Shown here: in pieces, positions 1 to 8,516 of the stretch
How positions within the stretch are numbered: position 1 is the first letter of the stretch
Layout: each line of letters opens with the position of its first letter
Source of the DNA: an uncultured Candidatus Saccharibacteria bacterium
GTDB taxonomy: Bacteria > Patescibacteriota > Minisyncoccia > Phycocordibacterales > CSBR16-119
Direction of reading: 5' to 3'
DNA length: 64,000 nt
Assembly: GCA_964652835.1 (NCBI GenBank)
Contig: CAZZCB010000001.1
Location: 26,935 to 90,934, forward strand
Notes under the pieces: generated by a model
Seen by the model: only the letters and a program-made list of their open reading frames with translations
Told to the model about the DNA's origin: nothing
Databases searched by the model: none
Made by a program: the position numbers and the translations under genes

Positions 1-251
1 CAACCGCCACCACCTTCAGGATTTCCAGGGTTATTTATTTCAACCCCCATCCAAGCGAAACCTCTGATGGTTCCTATTTCATCATTGTTGCCACCTGGAG
101 AAACTGGCCCAGTGTCTCCGTCTGCAGGACCGAGAGTCCCGCCGACATCAGTACCATATGCAATACCGCCGGCACTAAGGAAAAGAAACAAAGCTAAAGC
201 TAGTATATATGATTTTCCAAGTGTTTTTTTAAACTTTTTTAAAAAACTCAT
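1..251 (-). CDS. secreted protein, N-terminal part (gene continues beyond window start)
   Basis: ATG at 251-249 on minus strand. Translation MSFLKKFKKTLGKSYILALALFLFLSAGGIAYG has a signal peptide; reading frame stays open to position 1. Confidence 0.4.
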   Translation of the reverse strand, partial: MSFLKKFKKTLGKSYILALALFLFLSAGGIAYGTDVGGTLGPADGDTGPVSPGGNNDEIGTIRGFAWMGVEINNPGNPEGGGG

Positions 252-253
252 AT

Positions 254-556
254 TTAGTTACTGTTACTTAAATCTTTGATTATTTGTTGCTTTTGTTCTT
301 CTGAAATATTTACAGAATTTTTAGGACTTGAATCTGAGAGATCTTTTATTATAGCTTCTTTTTGTTCGTCAGATATTTTGATAGTAGACTTTTCTGCTGA
401 AGCGCTTAGCTCGGCTATTATCCTGAGTCTTTCTTGTTCGGCCTTGTTTACAGAGCTTAGTCTGTCCCCCTTTTTAACCACAATAACTATAATTACGACT
501 AGCAAAACAAGCAGTATTATAATTAAAAGTTTTCTATTTTTTTTCTCCGGTTCCAT
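254..556 (-). CDS. small membrane-anchored protein with degenerate ISEEQKxxIIKDLS repeats
   Basis: ORF track. N-terminal hydrophobic anchor followed by imperfect internal repeats. Confidence 0.4.
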   Translation of the reverse strand: MEPEKKNRKLLIIILLVLLVVIIVIVVKKGDRLSSVNKAEQERLRIIAELSASAEKSTIKISDEQKEAIIKDLSDSSPKNSVNISEEQKQQIIKDLSNSN

Positions 557-589
557 AATTTATATATTTAAATTTTAATTTATAATATT

Positions 590-904
590 TTAATTTGAGT
601 CTGGCGCTCTTGTTGCTTCATATGCTTGTTTTATCATTTCCTCTTCTGTTAGTATTTTTGGTTCTTGGTCTGGCGCTCTTGTTGCTTCATATGCTTGTTT
701 TATCATTTCCTCTTCTGTTAGTATTTTTGGTTCTTGGTCTGGCGCTCTTGTTGCTTCATATGCTTGTTTTATCATTTCTTTTGTTTCCTTGATTTCTTTA
801 AAATAGGCAGACAACCTAGAAACTACAAATATAAATAGAATAATTAAAATAAAAATTAGTATGTATTTATATTTTTTATTAGAGAAAATTGACTTAAGGT
901 TCAT
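590..904 (-). CDS. small membrane-anchored protein carrying 3 perfect 23-aa tandem repeats (EEMIKQAYEATRAPDQEPKILTE)
   Basis: ORF track. N-terminal TM segment. The repeats are encoded by the perfect 69-bp tandem DNA repeat. Confidence 0.5.
   Translation of the reverse strand: MNLKSIFSNKKYKYILIFILIILFIFVVSRLSAYFKEIKETKEMIKQAYEATRAPDQEPKILTEEEMIKQAYEATRAPDQEPKILTEEEMIKQAYEATRAPDSN
601..797. repeat. perfect 69-bp tandem repeat, about 2.8 copies, in-frame inside CDS 590..904
   Basis: ctggcgctcttgttgcttcatatgcttg... recurs at 601, 670 and 739 with no mismatches until the third copy diverges near 780. Confidence 0.9.
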
Positions 905-987
905 AAATTAGAAATTTTATTTTTAAATGTTTTACAGAAATATTATACCACTCTAAATTAAGAAAGATTTACAAATAAAAACAACAA

Positions 988-996
988 TGTGGATAA
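988..996. promoter_or_regulatory. isolated consensus DnaA box (TGTGGATAA) upstream of nusA
   Basis: Exact 9-mer match to the reverse complement of TTATCCACA. Confidence 0.4.
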
Positions 997-1114
997 TTTG
1001 ACCTCGGAAGGAAAATGATTTATTATTGAAGGGTAAATCGTCCTGCTCTTGCCGGACTTTTTTTAATGAAGAAGCCGGGGCTTTGCCCCCTATTACAATT
1101 AAATATAAACCAAT

Positions 1115-2323
1115 ATGTTAGATCTAAAAGCATTAAAATCAGCATTATTACAATTAGAAGAAGAAAAGAAGATACCGAAAGATAAGATAATCGACGCAAT
1201 CGAGCAGTCTTTGGCTGCCGCATACAAAAAAGATTACGGTAAAAAAGGCCAAATAGTTCGGGTAAAACTCGATCTAGATTCTGGGGCGACTGAATTCCAC
1301 CAAGTAAAAATAGTAGTAGATGAATCTACTGTTAGATTCCTGGAAGATGGTGAAGATATAGAAGATTTCCTAGAAGAAAACACTGAGACTCTAGAAGCAG
1401 ACGTAAAACCTGTTTTTAACCCTGAAAAACACATCTTACTGGCAGACGCAAAGATGATGAAAAACGACGCAAAACTAGGTGAAGAGATAATCTTCCCTCT
1501 TGAAATGAAAGATGATTTCGGACGTGTGGCTGCACAAACTGCTAAACAAGTTATTATCCAAAGAATCCGTGAAGCAGAAAGAGGTGCAGTTATGGAGGAG
1601 TACGGCGGACAAGAAGGAGAAATAATAAACGGAATTGTTCAAAAAGTAGAAAGAGGAATTGTTTTCGTGGACTTTAACAAAGCAACAGGAATAATCCCGA
1701 GAGAAGAGCAGATTTTTGGTGAAAGATTTATGACAGGCCAAAGAATAAAAGCCTACTTAACAAAAGTTGAAGAAGGACACCGAGGAGTAAATCTTTTCCT
1801 TTCAAGAACTCACCCAAAATTTATTGAGAAACTTTTCGCAATAGAAGCTCCTGAGATAGCAAGTGGAGTTGTGGAGATAAGAAGCATTGCCCGAGAAGCG
1901 GGAGCAAGATCTAAAATAGCTGTTTACTCAAACGATAATAACGTAGATCCAATCGGAGCTTGCGTAGGACAACGAGGAGTTAGGGTAACAACAGTGATGA
2001 ACGAACTCGGTGGAGAAAAAATTGATATTATCCCTTGGAGTGAAGATCCTGAAGAGTTTGTTTCCTCAGCCATATCTCCAGCAAAAATAATCTCTATCAA
2101 ACTAGTAGAACGAACAAATGAAAAAGGTGAGAACGAAAAAGTCGCAGTTATAGAAGTAGCAAACGACCAACTATCACTTGCTATAGGAAAAGGAGGACAA
2201 AACGTGAGACTAGCTGCGAAACTTACTGGATGGAAAATAGATATTAAAGGTGCAGATGCGCCAGAAGTGACGCCAGCAGAAGAAGCTTCTAAGGAAGAAG
2301 GAAAAATAGAGGACGAGGAGTAA
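1115..2323 (+). CDS. nusA: transcription termination/antitermination factor NusA
   Basis: 402 aa. N-terminal NusA domain, S1-like and two KH regions (GACVGQRGVRV, IGKGGQNVRLA). Confidence 0.9.
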   Translation: MLDLKALKSALLQLEEEKKIPKDKIIDAIEQSLAAAYKKDYGKKGQIVRVKLDLDSGATEFHQVKIVVDESTVRFLEDGEDIEDFLEENTETLEADVKPVFNPEKHILLADAKMMKNDAKLGEEIIFPLEMKDDFGRVAAQTAKQVIIQRIREAERGAVMEEYGGQEGEIINGIVQKVERGIVFVDFNKATGIIPREEQIFGERFMTGQRIKAYLTKVEEGHRGVNLFLSRTHPKFIEKLFAIEAPEIASGVVEIRSIAREAGARSKIAVYSNDNNVDPIGACVGQRGVRVTTVMNELGGEKIDIIPWSEDPEEFVSSAISPAKIISIKLVERTNEKGENEKVAVIEVANDQLSLAIGKGGQNVRLAAKLTGWKIDIKGADAPEVTPAEEASKEEGKIEDEE

Positions 2324-2362
2324 TTTTACTAACCACTATAAACTAATAACTAGAAACTATTT

Positions 2363-2902
2363 ATGAATCTTTGGCACGAAGTATCAAAAGGTGAAAATAT
2401 TCCAAACGAAATAAACGTAATAATCGAAATTCCCAAAAATTCACCGAACAAATATGAGATTGATAAGGAAACAGGACTTATAAGTCTAGATAGAGCAAAC
2501 TACAGCTCAGCGCCATACCCATTTGATTACGGATTCGTTCCTCAAACACTTTGGGAAGATAACGACCCACTGGATGTAGTAGTGCTAACCACCTTCCCTC
2601 TTCACCCTGGTATCTTGGTAAAGTCCAGGCCAGTGGCAGTAATGGAAATGATCGACGACGGAGAATCTGACTATAAGATAATCGCAGTTCCGGTGGATGA
2701 TAAAAGATGGGACGATACACATGATTTGGCAGATTTGAACAAACATATGATGAAAGAATTTGCTCACTTCTTTGAGACATACAAAGAACTTAAGAAAGGA
2801 CAAAAAGATATCGTAAAAATTCCAAAGATTTCTGGTAAAAAAGAAGCTATGGAAGCGGTGCTTAAATCAATAGAGTTATATAACCAAAAATTTGGTAAAT
2901 AA
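2363..2902 (+). CDS. ppa: family I inorganic pyrophosphatase
   Basis: 179 aa. NVIIEIPKNSPNKYEIDKETG...DNDPLDVVVL... signature. Confidence 0.9.
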   Translation: MNLWHEVSKGENIPNEINVIIEIPKNSPNKYEIDKETGLISLDRANYSSAPYPFDYGFVPQTLWEDNDPLDVVVLTTFPLHPGILVKSRPVAVMEMIDDGESDYKIIAVPVDDKRWDDTHDLADLNKHMMKEFAHFFETYKELKKGQKDIVKIPKISGKKEAMEAVLKSIELYNQKFGK

Positions 2903-2909
2903 TACAAGA

Positions 2910-2948
2910 AAAATCCCGCAAGACCTCTGGCCTTGCGGGATTTTTCTT
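2910..2948 (+). terminator. rho-independent terminator after ppa
   Basis: Hairpin cccgcaag-acctctgg-ccttgcggg followed by a T-run. Confidence 0.7.
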
Positions 2949-3011
2949 TACTTTACCCAAATTTAAAAAGAAGTTACAATTGGAGTATTACCAGAATTAA
3001 TCAAATAAAAT

Positions 3012-3665
3012 ATGAAATCATTTAAATATATATTTATGACGGCACTTTTAGTTTCACTTTTCCCAGGAGGAGTAGAAGCTAATGTCGGAACTAATTTAGA
3101 AATAGGAGCTGAAGCTAGAGTCGGAGCACCATTTGAAAATGGAATAAATCTTCGAAGACTAGATCTTCAGAAAAAGCTTTCAGTTGAAGAAGTAGAAGAG
3201 CGAAGAGCAGAATTTCAAAAAGCTAGAGAGGCATTCAAAAATGCAACAGTCGATACAAGAAATATTATGCGTTCAGAATTTAGAGCTAAGTTTGCAGAAA
3301 GATTTAAATTTACAGCAGATAAACTTTCAGAATTTCAAACAAGAATGGAGCTAAGACTAGAGACTGAAAACAATATGGGAACAGATGTTTCTAAGGCGAA
3401 AGTAAAACTTGAAGAATCAAAATCTTTTATGGTTCAAATTGAAAAAGATATTGAGAGTCTAAGAGCGCTGTTAGAAGAAAGATACGCAGAAGATGAAAGA
3501 GAAGCAAAAAAAGAAGAAGCTCGGAAATTAGTAGAGGCGATAAAAGCAGGTATTAAATCTTCACACCTAGCTCTTAAGGAATGCGTACAGGAGCTAAGGC
3601 TTGCAAAAGCGAGCGTACAGGCGGATGTGGATGTTTCCCTAGAGGCAAACGTAAATACTAATTAA
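3012..3665 (+). CDS. secreted coiled-coil protein
   Basis: Signal peptide MKSFKYIFMTALLVSLFPGGVEA; charged helical remainder. Confidence 0.5.
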   Translation: MKSFKYIFMTALLVSLFPGGVEANVGTNLEIGAEARVGAPFENGINLRRLDLQKKLSVEEVEERRAEFQKAREAFKNATVDTRNIMRSEFRAKFAERFKFTADKLSEFQTRMELRLETENNMGTDVSKAKVKLEESKSFMVQIEKDIESLRALLEERYAEDEREAKKEEARKLVEAIKAGIKSSHLALKECVQELRLAKASVQADVDVSLEANVNTN

Positions 3666-3688
3666 TAATTCTTTTTTAAAAAAATATT

Positions 3689-3952
3689 ATGGAACAAGAA
3701 AAAAAGGGCGGACTTTTTGGATCAATACTAGTTGTTTTAATTCTTCTTGGACTTGTGGTGTATTACCTATCGAATAAAAACCAGATGGCGCAAATTCCAG
3801 ACGGACAGAGTGCCTCAGAGACTGATACTGATTTAAACCAAAACCAGCAAACAAATATGGAGGAGGTCAGCGCAGAAGCAGAGCTTGAAGCCGAAATAGA
3901 ATCACTTGATACAGGATTTGAAGATATGAACGCTGAAGATCTAGATATGTAA
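3689..3952 (+). CDS. small membrane protein with acidic C-terminus
   Basis: One TM segment (LFGSILVVLILLGLVVYYL); acidic tail. Confidence 0.4.
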   Translation: MEQEKKGGLFGSILVVLILLGLVVYYLSNKNQMAQIPDGQSASETDTDLNQNQQTNMEEVSAEAELEAEIESLDTGFEDMNAEDLDM

Positions 3953-3957
3953 AAAAA

Positions 3958-3990
3958 ATGCCCCGCGGCCGAAGGCCGCGGGGCATTTTA
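3958..3990 (+). terminator. rho-independent terminator
   Basis: gccccgcggcc-gaag-gccgcggggc stem-loop plus T-run. Confidence 0.7.
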
Positions 3991-3997
3991 AATTATA

Positions 3998-5092
3998 TTG
4001 GACAAAACAAGACTTTTGAGTAATATGGTTATTATGAAAATAAATAACTTAGAGATAAATAAAAAAGAAAAATCAATCGTTGAAATTAAAGGCGAAGTAG
4101 AAACTGCGGACTTTGAAAAAGCTCGAGATATGGCTGTTTCAAAGCTTTCAGAGCACATGGAGCTAGACGGATTCCGAAAAGGAAAAGCTCCAAAAGATAT
4201 GGTTATTAAGAAACTTGGAGATCAGATAATCCTCGAAGAAATGGCTCAGGTTACCCTTTCAAAAGTATACCCACAAATAATCACTGAAAATAAGATTGAC
4301 GCTATTGGTTATCCGCAAATAAATATCACAAAACTCGCAAACGGAAATCCGCTTGGCTTTACTATCCTAACAGCTGCAATCCCAGAAATAAATCTTCCTG
4401 ACTACAAATCTATCGCAAAAGAAGTTTCTAAAACTAAAGAAATCGCCGAAGTAAAAGACGAAGAGTACCAAAGCTTTATCAAACAAATCAAAAGAGCAAA
4501 GGCGCACGACGATTTTCATAAAGCAAATCCAGACGTAAAAGGTCACGACCATCCAGAAATTTCTGATGAAAATCTTCCAGAGCTTGATTTAGAGTATCTT
4601 AAAACTCTTGGCAACTTTTCTGATATGGCAGACTTTGAAACAAAGGTTCGCGCGGATATCTTAAAAGACAAAGAGCTAAAAGCAAAAGAAAAAAACAGAC
4701 TTGCTCTAATAGAGTCTATTGAAAAAGAAACGACTATAGACGTGCCTGAGATTTTAATAAAATCTGAAACAGAAAAGATGATTGCTAGAATGAGGAGTGA
4801 TATTGAAAGAATGGGACTAAAATATGAAGACTACCTAAAAAGTATTGGTAAATCTGATGAAGATGTCCGAAACGAATTTAAGGGTGATGCAGAAAAAAGA
4901 GCAAAAGTTCAAATGGTTGTTGGAGAAATAGCAGTAAAAGAAGGCCTCCGACCTGACGCGGAAAAAGTTAAAGAAGAGGTTGCAAAAGTAATGCAGGCTT
5001 ACAAAGATGCCGACGAAAATAGCGCGAAGATGTATATTGAAAACGTGCTAGTAAACGAAGAAGTATTTAAGTTTTTGGAAGATTTAAAATAA
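3998..5092 (+). CDS. tig: trigger factor (short form, 364 aa)
   Basis: Trigger-factor signature GFRKGKAP. N-terminal ribosome-binding domain and C-terminal arm. Shorter than the canonical ~430 aa. Confidence 0.8.
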   Translation: MDKTRLLSNMVIMKINNLEINKKEKSIVEIKGEVETADFEKARDMAVSKLSEHMELDGFRKGKAPKDMVIKKLGDQIILEEMAQVTLSKVYPQIITENKIDAIGYPQINITKLANGNPLGFTILTAAIPEINLPDYKSIAKEVSKTKEIAEVKDEEYQSFIKQIKRAKAHDDFHKANPDVKGHDHPEISDENLPELDLEYLKTLGNFSDMADFETKVRADILKDKELKAKEKNRLALIESIEKETTIDVPEILIKSETEKMIARMRSDIERMGLKYEDYLKSIGKSDEDVRNEFKGDAEKRAKVQMVVGEIAVKEGLRPDAEKVKEEVAKVMQAYKDADENSAKMYIENVLVNEEVFKFLEDLK

Positions 5093-5197
5093 AATTTAAA
5101 TTTTCTTTCTTCTTAATAAGAAAGAAACAAAGAATCAAGACCCACACTTCACACCTAAAACTAAGATAATTTAAGTCAAAAAACCTGCAAACTCACA

Positions 5198-5235
5198 AAA
5201 ACCAGAAGTGTGTAAACACTTCTGGTTTTTGCTTA
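5198..5235 (+). terminator. rho-independent terminator after tig
   Basis: aaaaccagaagtgtgtaaacacttctggttttt hairpin with T-run. Confidence 0.6.
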
Positions 5236-5467
5236 AACAGTGCTGGTTTTTAAGACAAATTATCTTAGTTTTTTAACGGTGCTCTCGTGTAGGGTCGTAA
5301 GTGGTGGATTAAAGCAAATCAAATAAATTTCTTAACCTGCCTGCCGGTAGGCAGGCGATATATTTTAAGCGTCAAAAACTATTCCGAGTAAGGTGAGAAA
5401 AAGGAAAACGGTGTTCCCATATGAGGTAGAAATCTCTTCAATTTTATTTTGCGGATATTTAAAAGCA

Positions 5468-5497
5468 GAAAGGGCGCTCCGATATCGGAGCGCCCTT
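5468..5497 (-). terminator. GC-rich terminator of the high-GC island gene 5600..6106
   Basis: agggcgctccgatatcggagcgccct perfect hairpin, followed on the minus strand by a T-run. Confidence 0.6.
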
Positions 5498-5599
5498 CTA
5501 TGTGGCATGTGGCTCGCCTGGTGATTACCTTAACGGGGTATTCCAGTGCGGGTCACGGGTTCATCGATCATGTGCGTGCCACTACCAGGCACACGATCT

Positions 5600-6106
5600 T
5601 CAGCATCGCAAGTAGCGCGGCATCGTCCAGGCAGGATGGCGCCGCAGCAGGGGCACCATCTGAGGCGCATGCTTTGCGACACCCACGAGGGGCAGGCCGG
5701 CGGCGGTCTTCTTGTTGTCCAGGCTGTAGCGGTCCTTCATGATCATGTTGTAGCACGATCGTTCGGGTTCCGTTGCGGCCAAGGGCAGCGCATTGCTCAC
5801 GGTCATCAGATCCAGGGCGGGGTTCAAGATGTAACGGTTGCCGTCCGTGTGATCGGATCGGTGCACGCCGGTCTCCTGGCCGTTGGCTTGCCCTGGGGCG
5901 GAATACATGATGTTGATGTCGATGTCGTTGCCCTGGTCCACCACCATGTCGGTGATGTCCTCGGCGGCCTGCTGGTCAGCGGTGATGCTCTTGATGAATT
6001 CATTATGGTCAGCCTTCGGCCCCGTATCGGGTGCCGCGAAGGCGGTCGGGCTGAACGCCACACAGGCGAACAGTCCCATGGAAAGGAACAATGCTTTCGT
6101 TTTCAT
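5600..6106 (-). CDS. secreted protein of unknown function, high-GC island (about 60% GC)
   Basis: Signal peptide [24 protein letters not shown]. Codon usage is strikingly GC-rich relative to neighbours. No Shine-Dalgarno. Confidence 0.6.
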   Translation of the reverse strand: MKTKALFLSMGLFACVAFSPTAFAAPDTGPKADHNEFIKSITADQQAAEDITDMVVDQGNDIDINIMYSAPGQANGQETGVHRSDHTDGNRYILNPALDLMTVSNALPLAATEPERSCYNMIMKDRYSLDNKKTAAGLPLVGVAKHAPQMVPLLRRHPAWTMPRYLRC

Positions 6107-6156
6107 GCGAAAAGGATTTGGTTACAACCAACGAAATTGCTGGTCGTTTGTTTGGC

Positions 6157-6184
6157 AGTATAGCATATAATAAAAACTTGTCAA
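6157..6184 (-). promoter_or_regulatory. sigma70-type promoter (TTGACA-16-TGcTATACT) for island gene 5600..6106
   Basis: Minus strand reads gcTTGACAagtttttattatatgcTATACT. Same architecture as 5 other promoters in the window. Confidence 0.6.
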
Positions 6185-6288
6185 GCACTTTTATTTATGC
6201 TATAGTTTGTCTACCAAAAACCTTTATTTTAAGCCATTTTTTGGTAATTAATAAAAAATTACTAGACACTAATAACTATAAACCACAT

Positions 6289-6885
6289 ATGTTAATACCA
6301 ACAGTAATAGAAAAGACACATAACGGAGAACGGGCTTACGACATATACTCTCGCCTACTAAAGGAGCGGATTATCTTCCTGGGAACAGGGGTTGAAGAAA
6401 ACTCATCAAGTAACATAATCGCTCAACTTCTTTTTCTAGAATCAGAAGATCCTAAAAAAGATATATATATGTACGTAAACTCTCCAGGCGGAAACGTAAA
6501 AGACGGACTTGCGATAATAGACACAATGAATCATATCAAACCAGATGTGGCGACAGTTTGTGTAGGTATGGCAGCTTCAATGGGTGCAGTAATACTTTCA
6601 GCTGGAGCAAAAGGTAAGAGATTTATACTTCCAAACGCGGAAGTTATGATCCATCAACCACTTGGCGGAGTTGAAGGACAAGCTTCTGATATCGCTATAA
6701 CGGCAGACAGAATAATAAAGACGAAAGCTAAATTAAATAAAATCCTTGCAGAAAACACAGGTCAAAAAGTTGAAAAGGTTGAAAAAGACGGAGACAGAGA
6801 CTACTGGATGGACGCAAAAGAAGCAGTAAAGTACGGAATCGTAGACAAGATAATGGAGAAACCTAAATCTGGAATTAAGAAATAA
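6289..6885 (+). CDS. clpP: ATP-dependent Clp protease proteolytic subunit
   Basis: [10 protein letters not shown]...[14 protein letters not shown]...MIHQPLGG catalytic Ser/His motifs. The ORF-track N-extension from 6091 is non-homologous and overlaps the divergent promoter, so the start is set at the ATG at 6289. Confidence 0.9.
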   Translation: MLIPTVIEKTHNGERAYDIYSRLLKERIIFLGTGVEENSSSNIIAQLLFLESEDPKKDIYMYVNSPGGNVKDGLAIIDTMNHIKPDVATVCVGMAASMGAVILSAGAKGKRFILPNAEVMIHQPLGGVEGQASDIAITADRIIKTKAKLNKILAENTGQKVEKVEKDGDRDYWMDAKEAVKYGIVDKIMEKPKSGIKK

Positions 6886-6892
6886 AATAAAA

Positions 6893-6921
6893 AGACCCCG
6901 CACTTCGTGCGGGGTCTTTTT
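6893..6921. terminator. bidirectional terminator between clpP and the convergent 529-aa gene
   Basis: agaccccgcacttcgtgcggggtct hairpin flanked by A-run and T-run. Confidence 0.7.
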
Positions 6922-6924
6922 ATT

Positions 6925-8514
6925 TTATAGTCTACCTAAATCTACTCCGTACAAGTTCATATCGTGTTTGTTTATAAAGATAAAATAATCTTGTTTATCA
7001 TTTACAACCGGACTTGTAACATCTATTTGGCCTTTTATCTTATTTTGATCGAGTAATATTTTTGCAGTATTCGTCGCAACATCTATTTTCCAAATCATAT
7101 CTGAGAATAGAGTCTCCCCTTTATACCAGTCGTCTGGATAAGTGGCTGTTGGAACAGAAGATGGGGCGCCACAATAAATAGTTTTACTATCTTTTGTCCA
7201 TATACATTTTTCAGGAAGAGTTGTTGGGGCGAAATCTGAGATCTGTCCTGTTGCGATGTTTAATAAAGAAGTTTTTAAAGTCGCGTTTTCATATGAACTG
7301 TATAGAGCCTTTTTTCCATCTGGACTTATATTTGTCGTTAGCCCGTTTACGTTTGAGATTATATTTTTCAGACTATTATTTTTAACATCTAAGATATATG
7401 AGTTTCCTGGATATCTGCCAGATGCGCGAGTGGTTAAAGAAATAGTATTTTCAGATATAGCTTGAGGGATCCATTCTGAGAATTTTGATGACCAAACTTT
7501 TTTAGAAGCCCCTGTTTTAAAATCATATATCACGCCGTCCACACCAGAGGATTGTTTTAACAAGTAAAATATTTTTTGTCCTGAAGATATAGGAGAAACA
7601 AAAGTTATATTATTAGTCAGAAGTTTTGTTTCAAGCGTTGCATATTTTGCAGAGTCCCCCAAAAGAAGATCTGGCTTTTTAATACTCGCGACAACATTTT
7701 CAACAATACCGTCTTTAAGATATCTCATGAGCAAGAAGCTTTTTGTATTATCAAAATAAGACTCGTATACTCTAGCAACCTGAGAACTAGTAACTCTAGC
7801 AAGTGGCTCATTTGGTTTTATCGCCTTGTCAAAAATATATCCGTTTGATCTATCTACAAAACGGACAAGCTCTACAGTTTCCTTCAGAGGAGCTTTCGCC
7901 ACCTTTGGCACAATACCCTGGAATTCGTTAAGCTTCTTGTACATCATCGGACCCACAACTCCGTCCGGAGTTAGTCCGCTTTTGTCCTGGAATTCGATAA
8001 CTGCATTTTTTAGAGTTGTGTCAAAAGCGTTGTCTATAGCTAAAGACGGCGAAGGGTCTTGTCTATTCAAAACAGTTTTTAAATCTACAACCTCTTTCCT
8101 GTCGTCTCCAAATTTAAGAGATGGATATCCTGTAAAATCATACCCTTCTACCAAGTTCGCAGAAACTTCTTCTGGAACTATTATCTCTCTTTCGATATAA
8201 GTAAAGGTGGTGCCAGATACAGGCTCTTCACTTATTTTTTGAACTATTGGAGAATCTTCATTTGAAACAAAATCAACCTGAACAGGAACGGCTCCATCCC
8301 CTTCACCTTCTTCAGAACTGCCATCTCCCCCACTAGAATTATTCCCATCGCCCAAAGAAGTATCTTCTGAATTTATTCCAAAAGGATTTTCAATATTCGT
8401 CTGTATTTCCAGCGCATCTTTTTTGTTTTTTGCGCGAACCAAAATAATACCTAAAATAACAAGGCCGATAGCCAGAACTGAAACGAGTAAGATTTTAAAA
8501 AGTTTTTGTGACAT
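6925..8514 (-). CDS. membrane-anchored protein with peptidoglycan-binding domain and TolB-like beta-propeller repeats
   Basis: N-terminal TM. PG_binding_1-like LTPDGVVGPMMYKKL. Repeated SPDGKK / WD-like segments. Last gene of the T4SS-like operon. Confidence 0.55.
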   Translation of the reverse strand: MSQKLFKILLVSVLAIGLVILGIILVRAKNKKDALEIQTNIENPFGINSEDTSLGDGNNSSGGDGSSEEGEGDGAVPVQVDFVSNEDSPIVQKISEEPVSGTTFTYIEREIIVPEEVSANLVEGYDFTGYPSLKFGDDRKEVVDLKTVLNRQDPSPSLAIDNAFDTTLKNAVIEFQDKSGLTPDGVVGPMMYKKLNEFQGIVPKVAKAPLKETVELVRFVDRSNGYIFDKAIKPNEPLARVTSSQVARVYESYFDNTKSFLLMRYLKDGIVENVVASIKKPDLLLGDSAKYATLETKLLTNNITFVSPISSGQKIFYLLKQSSGVDGVIYDFKTGASKKVWSSKFSEWIPQAISENTISLTTRASGRYPGNSYILDVKNNSLKNIISNVNGLTTNISPDGKKALYSSYENATLKTSLLNIATGQISDFAPTTLPEKCIWTKDSKTIYCGAPSSVPTATYPDDWYKGETLFSDMIWKIDVATNTAKILLDQNKIKGQIDVTSPVVNDKQDYFIFINKHDMNLYGVDLGRL

Positions 8515-8516
8515 AT

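Noticed and set aside
1023-1223. 66-aa minus-strand ORF overlapping the nusA start
   Set aside because: Overlaps the well-supported nusA start and promoter region. No supporting signals.
5449-6170. Several overlapping ORFs on both strands in the first high-GC island (5449..5742+, 5546..6163+, 5568..5756-, 5824..6063-, 5883..6170+)
   Set aside because: These are GC-rich frame artefacts overlapping the signal-peptide-bearing 5600..6106 minus-strand gene. Only one has a promoter, terminator and an export signal.
6091-6288. N-terminal 66-codon extension of the clpP ORF
   Set aside because: No similarity to ClpP. It overlaps the divergent promoter of the island gene. The conserved ClpP sequence begins at the internal ATG 6289.
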